A stretch of 64,000 nucleotides of DNA from Trichoplax adhaerens. Taxonomy: Eukaryota; Animalia; Placozoa. Under the pieces are notes generated by a model. It ran no database searches and was not told where the DNA came from. It saw nothing but the letters and a program-made list of their open reading frames with translations. Shown piece by piece: positions 1-10,265 of this stretch. Position 1 is the stretch's first letter. Each line of letters starts with the position of its first letter. The stretch lies in NCBI RefSeq assembly GCF_000150275.1, contig NW_002060961.1, positions 1,010,600-1,074,599 of the forward strand, written 5' to 3'. The position numbers were made by a program, and so were the translations under genes.

Positions 1-3000
1 TTCATATATTTTAGCTTCATTTTGAGATCCTAAAAATTCTCGTCTAGCATCTTGCGTAAGGAAGCTAGCTGGATTATCAATTTGTATACTATAATGTTCC
101 AATATATTTTGAAGTTCTTTTTTATCGTTGGCGATAATTCGACCTAATTGAGGAAGAAAGGATGGAAATTTGGAAATGTCACCAAATCATTATAATAAGA
201 TACGATCTAATTCATTCATGAAGGTCAGAAGCAATCGTGATCTAACCGTTTGCAGACTTTAGCTTGCACGTGGAATGGCCATCTCTCCGAATCTGCCTTT
301 CAAGGAAAATTTTGGGACCAAAATCTTTCCTGCGATATGCATCGGGGCCGTTGTTTGCTAAAGTTATTATAATCCGAGCGTATCTACGACAAAGAATTCA
401 AATAATATCGATGCATTTCAACTGTTGAGCAATTTCTTTACTATGTAAAAATATATTTCAAATGAGAATATCCGTATTTTAGACCGATATGCGGTAGTAT
501 GCAATGGATAAAAAGTACAATATTAGATATTGTAAGTATTCCTTTGCGAAATTATCCCTTTATGCATAGTTCCAGTATGATTAACTATAATGACGACAAC
601 AAATAATGTAAGTATTCTTTCGCGAAACTTTCCCTTTTTGCATCATTTTGCATGACTGATTTATGTATCACCAGTAATTTAAAGCGATATCCAGTTGTAT
701 ATCAGTGGATAAAAAGTACTATCAATACCACTGTTCTTGTCAACAACAGATAATGTGAGTATTCCTCGGCGAAACCTCCCTTTATGCATAATCCTTGTAT
801 GATTGATTTATGCATCGTTGGTAATTTTACAGCGATATGTAATTGTACGAAATGGATGAAAGTACTGTCTATCCAAGGTTGTTATTGACAACAACAGATT
901 ATGTAAGTATTCCGTTTGTGAAAGTTTCCCCTTCATGCGTGATTGATTTACGCTTTACGTCGTTATCACTGGTAATTTTAGATCGATATCCAGTTGTATG
1001 CAATGGATGGAAATTCTACATCTCCAATTGATATTGACAACAACAGGTCGTTAGTATTCCTTGGTGAAACTTTCCCTTTATACTGTACATAATCTTGCAT
1101 GAGTGATTAAGGTATTCCAAACGCGTAGTTATCCCTGGTAATTTTAGGCTGATATCCAGTTGTATGTAATGGATAGAAACTGTTCATCCGAGATTGACAT
1201 TGACAACAACAGATTATGTAAGTATTCCTTTGTCAAACTTTTCCTTTTATATGCGATAGTTTTGTATGATTGATTATATATGACTGTTAATTTAAGACCG
1301 ATATCCAATTGTACGCTATGGATGAAAAGCACTCTGTATCTGCTAGGCCTATTAATTAACACTTTAATTCGATAATGAGCTTCAAGCGTTGGAATATAAC
1401 ATTTCGCATGGTACTCACGTTTCAGCGGAAAGTCAATATTAATAATGGAATTCTTTTGCCAAACTCTCTTCATCATGCAATATCCTTGCATGATGGATTG
1501 GTAGATTACATCATTATTACTTGCCTATTAGCCATATCGATATTTTTTAATTTACACCTAACTTGAAGCGCTATCATATCACATTTGTCATGGCACTACA
1601 GTGTTGATGGAAAGTCAAATAACATGACAGTTTACTATCCATTGCAAGAACTGCAAGAACTGTATCCTGGTAGTAATTGAATATGGCATGTTATAAGCTA
1701 TTCAAGTTAATAAGATTGCAATGGGGATTCTTCTGAAACACCTTGACATTCGCCATTCTCAATACGATCTTGATCATTTTTTTATTTAATACGTCTTTCT
1801 CTCCTTCACGATATCGAATAACCATTTTCTATTTGGATATACTCGGTCAATGTTGTAAGGATTTGAAGACGTTGAGTACAATAGGAAATAAGGACTTTTA
1901 AAAGGTGCCTGGTAGGCAACAAGCGTAGTTTAACGGGTAGAGCAACTTAATTATTTCTTGTTCTATTTTGCGAGCAAGACTGGCATGGATGGGAAAACAG
2001 TTTCAGTAGCTATTATTCGGTGATGGGATAGTGGTCGATTTACTGAACTACGATGTAGGTAAGACTGGATTAAAACCAATGCACTCAGATCAAATAATGT
2101 GCTATTCAAAATGACACTATTGGCAACATCGATTACAATCATCGGACATGTTGTCCATTACGATAGCGCATTGGTGGCAAAATAGTTATCAAAGAATGTT
2201 GACTAATAACGTAGCAATGCAACCTACATACGCTAGCCAGAAGATATTAATGCGAATTCCTATGCTAAGACAATACTACTGTATCTTTTCCAGCTGTGGA
2301 TACACTAGGGTGCCCATTCAATGGATTATTTTGGAGATCATTTTACGCTTGTTGATGAAAATCGTTACTCGAATCTAGCTTAGCAACAGCATGGAACTAT
2401 TTTTACTAGCAAGATGATACATGTTGAGTCAATGGGCTTATTTTGGTTAGGTTGATGAAACTAATTTTGTTTAACGGCAGAGTGTAAACCTTCTGATCAC
2501 TGTATGAATAAAATGATGGAAAGAAGAACTGCTGCCAATGCAAAAGGGTTTTACAATTTGAGAGTCAAGATGGCTGACATTGGATTTGCCTAAGCGTATC
2601 ACTATAGGCCATTGAAATGCCAAGAAGATGGCACGAACTTGCCAGCAAATAGTAAAATACTTACTTGGCGTCTTTTTTAATGAATTCCTTCAAGGAAGAA
2701 GCTCGATTGGTAATGCTAGGACGTCCACTTAAGCAAATGATGATACCAGTCATGATTGCACTTTTACCACCTAGATTGAAGATTAAACTATTTTATTGAC
2801 ATGACAGCCATGATAAAATTGAATTGAATGTTATCGTAGTTCAATTGTTGCTAAGGTTAGGCTAAGAAAGGATCAAGCTTAGCAATAATCTATATCTGCT
2901 ATAGTAGATACTTACTTCCATTTCTGCCAATGATGATATTGACATTTCCTCCTAATGTCATCGACAGATTGGAATGGCACATAAAATTAATCAATTGGAT

Positions 3001-3842
3001 CTGTAGGATTATACCGCTTTTCGTTTGATCGTCTATTTGTGAATCATTGCTTTCTTCTATCTGCAATTGGCAAGACCATGTAAGAAAAAAAATGTATTAG
3101 TTCATTATAGAGTCGTTTGCTGTCAGTCGGCAATTTTCAAGACAAGGTAGTACGTTAAAGGTAGAAAAATGGAAGTTAGACTGATTGTGATGGAGTGCGG
3201 AGCGATGTAGGTGGAGAAGACGACTGGCACATTGGACAGTGTTGATGATGAAGAAATGTGGCGTCATAATTGTTTGTAGGAGGTTGGTAGCCTAAATAAA
3301 GGATGGTCATCGAAAGACGTTCAACTTTGAGGTCTAAAGTAGTCAACCTATGAGCCAAAGTGTTACTGATCTACTGTAGTTGCAATAATTCAAGCCAAGT
3401 GGATTCAAAATACTACATTAGAGCAGAAGGATGAAGCTGCATTGTGCAGTGTTGATGTTCAAGAACCGCCATGATTGAATGTGTTTATCATGTATCCTAT
3501 AGTCTAATACTAAGAAATGCAGCTATCGCTTCCTCGATCCTTGCACCCTAATGTCTGATTGAATGTGATCATTACCAGATCGTCGTCCAAGGCTTGTTCA
3601 TCATGATAATCATGATCGGCCTTTTGTTGGCTGTCTTGTGATTCTTCAACACGACGTTTTTGAGGAAGTGTATTACTACTGACAATGATACAATCATCTT
3701 CATCATCGATCCATCGTTTATGATCGGCATTTTGTTGGCTGTCTTGTGATTCTTCAACACGACGTTTTTTAGGTAGTGTATTACTACTGACAATGATACA
3801 ATCATCTTCATCATCGATCCATCGTTTATGTCTGTCAGCCAT
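1..3842 (-). CDS. SMC6: Structural maintenance of chromosomes protein 6, 5' part (continues off the left end)
   Basis: Phase-consistent GT-AG exons 3842-3576, 3060-2916, 2770-2665, 383-247 and 143-<1. They translate to ...SGIILQIQLINFMCHSNL...NVNIIIGRNGSGKSAIMTGIIICLSGRPSITNRASSLKEFIK...ARIIITLANNGPDAYR...KKELQNILEHYSIQIDNPASFLTQDARREFL. This has Walker A GRNGSGKS and the Q-loop region typical of the SMC6 head. Confidence 0.93.
470..1340. repeat. Degenerate tandem repeat, ~150 bp unit, ~6 copies, inside an SMC6 intron
   Basis: Blocks such as gatatccagttgtatgcaatggat, gacaacaacagattatgtaagtattcctt and gaaactttccct recur; the gtaagtatt-type anchor is seen near 532, 608, 754, 903, 1050 and 1217. 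Confidence 0.8.
3613..3830 (-). repeat. Coding tandem duplication (108 bp / 36 aa x2) in SMC6 exon 1
   Basis: tgatcggc at 3613 and 3721; peptide HKRWIDDEDDCIIVSSNTLP(K/Q)KRRVEESQDSQQ(N/K)AD occurs twice, nearly identical. Confidence 0.95.
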
Positions 3843-4853
3843 GTTGAATCTTCATCAATTGCATAAGGAAAAGTAGGCTAGCCCACCATCAGGCAAGATG
3901 GGAGTTTTCGATTTGAGGCGAAAGTAGCGTGCCCAACTGCGCATGTACCCTGTATTGATGGGCGTAAACCACCTGTATCTTCCCTGCCCGGTTAGGATGA
4001 CAGAGGGCCTTTGGTAACCCCTTGCGGTATACAGTACATACAGTGTACGTATACTGTCATCGACCGTGTCCCATTTTGATGCAGGGATTACTATAGAAAA
4101 AATTCGACCCCCCCCCCACCCAGGGTGTACGTTATCTGATCCATGTTGATAGGCCTCCCATAAACGGTCGGTCGTTTGAAGTTGGCGGTCTAGTCGTTTA
4201 CCAGACTGATATTTCATCGATAGTGTGGACTAGTCCGAAAGGTCTGGTATCCGATACGATACTGTATCACCTACAGTACTTAGAGTAGGTATCCAGTACA
4301 GTACTTTAGAGTCGATATACTGTACACTGTACAGTACTGCAGACTCTACTGCGCAAATTTACTGCGCACAGTGCAAGAGGCGATAGAAGGAAAGACGGAC
4401 TGCCAACGGCTGGTCAACTACCTAACAACGGTATGGCTGACTGTTTTACTGGTCATTTCAACTCAATGGTATCTCTGAAATGATACACTGTACTGTCCGT
4501 GATTGCTATCCAAACGAGCTACGAGCTTGCTGACGAAAGGGTAGTATAGTAGACGGTTTCAGTCATAGCGTCTAGCAGAATGACCAGAAAAATGGTCAAC
4601 CTTGCGGGTATTTTGCTGGCCAAGGTTTGTTGCCGATCTCTATTTCCCTTTAGCACTTCCTCAGGCTGAGATTGCTGCTGGAATTGAGCTGCTGGCTAAA
4701 ATTGCTTTAGCCCTACCAATCGAGTGGGTTGAATTGGAGCTTGGCTGAAGTGATTTCCATTTTGGATGTTTGCAATCCCTACTGGCCATTTCGGTCATCC
4801 TTCGGCACTGTAGTAGCAACAACATACTGGTCCTGCAATCTAGCAACATCACC

Positions 4854-7800
4854 ATGTCAACGACGACCACAACGTCCATTCAGGTGGTCGACGGCAATCT
4901 CTTGGATATCGAGCAATTTCGATCTCGTTATTTACATCAATGCCAGCCTGTTATCATTCAAAATCATGTCACCTCTTGGCCAGCTTACAATGCATGGGAT
5001 TTCCAGTCTTTAAAGTCAAGAGTCGGTGATAACATGGTACACATTCGAAGAAATACTGATCAACAAGACTACAAGGTAGTGTTCGGTAGACAGGTTGCAA
5101 AGCCAATCCAGTAGCATGCAAACACCTCTTCAGTGCAAGCAATTAGTTATACGTTGTACCATAGTCTACTAAATTACAGGTGCATCGAGTAGTCCATGAT
5201 TGTATATATTGCAAGAAACACTGATCAGCAAGACTACAAGGCAGTGTACAGTAGACGGGCTGCAAAGCCAATCTAGTAGCATGCAAACATCTCTTCACTG
5301 CAATAATTAGTTATAGATATAACGTTGTAGCTTGGACTACTAAATTACGAGTGCATCGAGTAATTTATGGTTGTACATATTGCAAGAAACACTATTCAAC
5401 ACGACTGCAAGGTAGTGTACAGTAAACGGACTGCAAAGCCAATCCAGTAGCATGGACTAATAAATTACAGGTGTATCGAACAGTCTATGCTTGTACATAT
5501 TGCAAGAAACACCAATCAACAAGAGTACAAAGTAGTGTACAGTAGACGGGCTGCAAGGCCAATCCAGTAGCATGCAAACGTCTTTTCAGTGCAATAATTA
5601 GTTACAGATATAACGTTGTAGCATGGACTACTAAATTACAGGTGCATCGAGTAGTCTATGGTTGTATGTATTGCAAGAAACACCAATCAACAAAACTACA
5701 AAATAGTGTACAGCAGACGGGCTGTAAAGCCAATCCAGTAGCATAAAAACACGTCTTCAGTTCAATAATTAGATATAAAGAAACACTGATCAGCAAAACT
5801 CTAAGGTAGAATGTAGTAAACCGGCTGGAAAGACAATTATTATTATGTTGTACACATTCGAAGAAACACCGATTAGCAAGACTACATAGTAGTGTACAAT
5901 AGTCTGGCTACATAGCGCATCGCTTCAATAACAAGACGATATCCTTGTTCAGCAGTTGTATGTCTGTCGTGTATTGACATTGTGCTTATATAAAATATTA
6001 GCCTAGACCACAATAACATCCAAAGATATAGTCCAAATATAGATTGGGATAACGTAGGATCAATATTTCTCCGTCTGCAATCTGATCCCCTTCAAACCGA
6101 TATCGTTCGAGTGCTGCACAACTGTATTTTATTCTTCTTTTGCTTATGGCGGGCAGTCAAGCTAAGAGAGACAAATATTGATTAGTAGTGTATGCTGATT
6201 GCAATTCTAATCATAGTCATGTAATCGTCATACTTTTGCTAGTAGTACAGGACCGCATTATACGCCAGGACTTGCAGTTGCAGCAGCGTACTTGGTCCCA
6301 GTCAAATTGCGACCATTCGAATGTATGGTAGTACAGTATAGTCGAGTGCAAGATGGTTTGCATGGGCATAACAGTACTTTCATCTCTCATTGTGGGCAAT
6401 CTAGCCATTTTATGATAATGTCGAGTAATACTCATCAGTGATGAGTGATCACCAATCTGATGACTGCAAGCGATGCCAGCAGTAAATAATGATATACTGT
6501 CGGTTTGAAATTTTAAAATACATTGCGTAATAGCCGCCTAATTCATCTATTTGGATACTACAGGTCGGTAAAAGCTATAATATCGAACAAACTACCTTAG
6601 CAACCTACTTGAACAATGTTGAGATGCAATCACCCAAGGCGAAAGGTTCTTATTTAGCCGTTCAAAATATCAAGCAAACTTTTCCTCAGTTAGAGGTGAG
6701 ATAGATCTGCTGTAGAATGACGGTACTTCCTTTCATATTGTCTACTTGACGCTTGAATAGCCTGTATTGATTTTGATGAAACTACTATATCTACACGTGA
6801 TGTTAATCTTTGAATCAATGACCTGCAAATAAATGTGCTAGTCTTGCTCTATATCATGCATCTATACAGTAAAACGTTTGTTGAATACAATTTCTGTAAT
6901 TAGGATACGGCATCAGCCAATCCTATTCATAAACTAATCGTCTTTCAGCTTTTACTGAATGAGAACCATGCAACTTTCTTTTGCAGGATGATGTTATTAT
7001 TCCTAAATACGTTGGCAAAATGCACGGTGGGCCTTTTATGTGGATTGCTTATCAAGGCCACTATGGTAAGTACAGTACAGTGGTATAGAAATGTAATGTC
7101 AAATGATGTCGTAATACTCATACGATCGTGATTGTCTTATGCTATATATTAATCCACTAGTTAACATAACAATTTTTAGCGATGTTATCAATATAAATGA
7201 ATGTGTCGTCGTATCGGCAAAAGAAGTTGGAACCTATACAAACAACCATACCTTATACTATATTTTAAGATATATTTTTTACACTGCAGCATGCTAACAT
7301 GCGTAAACTTATTGATTTAACGACGTCGATTCGTCATATGCAATGGAGTCGAAATAGCTTCCATTGTTATGTGTAGCATCAAGGTTAGGTCAATCTTGTA
7401 TCGTAGTTATACATCCATTGAAAATAATATGTTCATGGAGCGTTATAAAGTTAACATTTAATCTCTAGCAGCCAAAGCCTATAGTTAAACCGCAGTAACT
7501 CATAACTTTGTTTAAAATGGTAGTCGCTCAAGAATACACATTATACGTATTCCTAAATTTTAGAAATCTGATCCGTACTTTGATTGTCATAGAGTTTTGC
7601 CATTTAGATCCTGATGACAATTTCCTTGCTATGATCAGAGGACGTAAACGTGTTCGACTATACGGCTGTCAGACCCAGCCTTTGTATCCTAATCCACTTG
7701 GATCCAAAGGACGTACTATACAGTCACAAGTAGATTGCGATAACCCTGACTATCAAAAATTTCCCCTGTTCCACAACTCACAGTGTCAAGAATATGTTTT

Positions 7801-8644
7801 GGAATCTGGTGAAATGTATGCTTACTAAATTATGATGATTGCGAATATGAGTAATTCTTACTGCCTCAGTAATAAATTCCATAACGCAATTGCCTTGCAA
7901 ACGTTCATTTCATTACATTATTACTGTGCTAAATGTTTAACCATTTCTTTTATATTCGCCATTACATATGGTATTAGGCTTTTTATACCTGCATTTTGCT
8001 GGCATCAAGTGACCTCGTTGGATACTTCCATCTCTATTAACATGTTCTTTGGAGATCATGGGGATTGCAATTATTTATCAAAGATTATGGTAATAAGTAC
8101 AATTCTTTACGAGGATGATTCTGTAGATTCTGCTATAGCTTGCTACGTTACTCGACGCCCACATCCATCACTCAAATTAGCCAAACAGTATATAGTTATG
8201 TACATAGCCTTGACACCAGCAATACTTTTGTTCCTCATGAATTAAATATTAATTCATTATAGAAAGAACCATACTGGGACGCATTTTCATACTGGTTTTT
8301 AAATATTATTGAACAAAATCGACCTTTAGAATCATTCCGCCGTATATTAGCAAACCTACCGCAATCGATTGACAATTTTTTCCTAAAGCAGTATCATGAA
8401 ATAAACATTACTTCGGAAATACGTGAAAAATTAATCCGACTGGTCCTTGATTACTGTCAATTAAAAGAACTTCCACAGGCGGAGGAGTATGACTTCACCT
8501 GTTGCATATTAAACGATTGCTTAATTGTATGCCAAAACTTCGCAGCCTTTGTACATAATACTGCTCCTGTTCTTTTTTTTGTTTAGGAGAAATGGTAAAC
8601 ATCCACCGGCATTAAAAATTAGAGGTTTACTATGGAGAAAGTAA
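4854..8644 (+). CDS. JmjC (cupin-8 type) 2-oxoglutarate/Fe(II) dioxygenase, KDM8/FIH/TYW5-like fold, ~349 aa
   Basis: Exons 4854-5075, 6564-6695, 6987-7065, 7593-7815, 7978-8089, 8263-8486 and 8587-8644, all GT-AG and in phase. Motifs: QPVIIQNHVTSWPAYNAWD, H-L-D (EFCHLDPDDNFL), GRKRVRLY, GEMLFIPAFCWHQVTS. The HxD...H iron triad is intact. Confidence 0.9.
5030..5910 (+). repeat. Tandem repeat (~120-170 bp unit, ~6-7 copies) starting inside JmjC exon 1 and filling intron 1
   Basis: gtaca(c/t)att(c/g)(g/c)aagaaacactgatcaacaagactacaaggtagtgtacagtagacgggctgcaaagccaatccagtagcatg recurs near 5035, 5200, 5370, 5490, 5660, 5780 and 5850. Confidence 0.88.
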
Positions 8645-10265
8645 AATTTTAGCCTGGTACAATTGTAAATTGTCGTATTTCGGAAATTATAGTACATATA
8701 TCAAAGATAGACGTGCTTATAGCGAAGACTTACAAGAAACGTGGTTTCTGACTTCAAAAATGTGCATTTTTTAATTGTAGCTCTAGTCAGAGAGTAGAAG
8801 CTGTTGTATTAATCTCGAATGTAATATTAAGATACAACGATAATATCAAATTTTTATTATTAATTGGAATACTTTAAATAAATCAGTAAGTACGAACATC
8901 AATGCATGTATAGTGGCTAATCATACATCACAAAAATGTGTGTTTTTAATTTATTATTGCTATAGTCAGAAAGCAGTTAAAAGCTCTTGTATGAACCATA
9001 CAGTAAATATGATACAAAGATACTACGATTATATCAATTTTTATTATACTGTAATTCAGGATAATTGAAATAAATAAATCGGTAATTAATAAAATCAAAT
9101 CCAGGTATAGTAGTTAATCATATACGATCTTCCTATTTTGCAAGATATTATTAGTATACGCAGTAATAAGGTATGATACGATTTCAATCGACGAGCATCA
9201 CAGTAAATGATATGCATTATTACTTTATTTTTACTTTAATTTGTGTTCGTTTATAAAGTATAAAGATGTGATACTTATTTGCTCACAGTAAATAAATACT
9301 CGTATATATAATGTTATATCGTGCTTATGCTACTCTCTCGCTAATATTTGATCCATGAAAGATAAACGTGCACTCTTGCACATCATCAGTCTACAAGCAA
9401 AACGAAAATAATTGGCAGTCTTTCATTTTTTAATAATTGATTTTGTTCGATTATACGACTGTATATACAGTAAATGTTTATATGTATAGTATAAGATGAT
9501 ACACTTGTTACAGCATGAACACTTATACCGTGCTTGTGCTATTCTCTCGCTAATGTTTGATTTCATGAAGATGATTTACATACAGTCTTTCCATTTTATG
9601 CAGCCCTGTTCAAATAACATTTCTTGATAATACGAGTAAGTTCTGGATTGGTACCTACGATAAACTACAGCTGCAATTTGATCTGCAAATGGATTGGATA
9701 GTTATACAGTACTTATAGAAGTAAAACAATCTATAGTCAAAAGCAAGTGAAGTGCAACAGGCACAAATCGACCTCAGTGGTAATGATTTATTATTAAAAA
9801 TAGACATCGATTTGTTTTCAAAAGAGAAAATGTCATTAGTACTTATAATCGTATGCAATAATTGTAATCTACTCGGTTATTTATACAGAACAGTTTCATC
9901 AAATAAAGCAAAATTTATCATCGAGTCAATTTGGGCTAACAGTTTTGTAAATATTAAAGAAACTGTCAAATGCCATTTCCAGTTAAGCAATGATTTACAT
10001 ATAACCTTACTGCACTTTCAAAATATTGATTTAATGCCAAATATTTTCAAATATTGTATTAACATAAAACGATACGAATATATGGAAGAATGTAGTACTT
10101 TATAGAGCGTTTTATTAAGAATTCTGCATTTTTGTAAATATTACATGTATCAATCAATATTTAGGACTGCATTGATTTTTGAACTGTTATAATGTATTTC
10201 TGTAATGATAAATGTAAACTATTTATCTGCAATAAATCCAGTGAAATTAAATTTAGGCGTATCGA

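Noticed and set aside
3855-4217. 120-aa minus-strand ORF upstream of SMC6
   Set aside because: No homology signal, no ATG start, and it lies in the promoter interval.
9655-10105. ORFs in the JmjC/ZNHIT6 tail-to-tail spacer
   Set aside because: AT-rich, non-ATG starts and no motifs; likely 3' UTR sequence.
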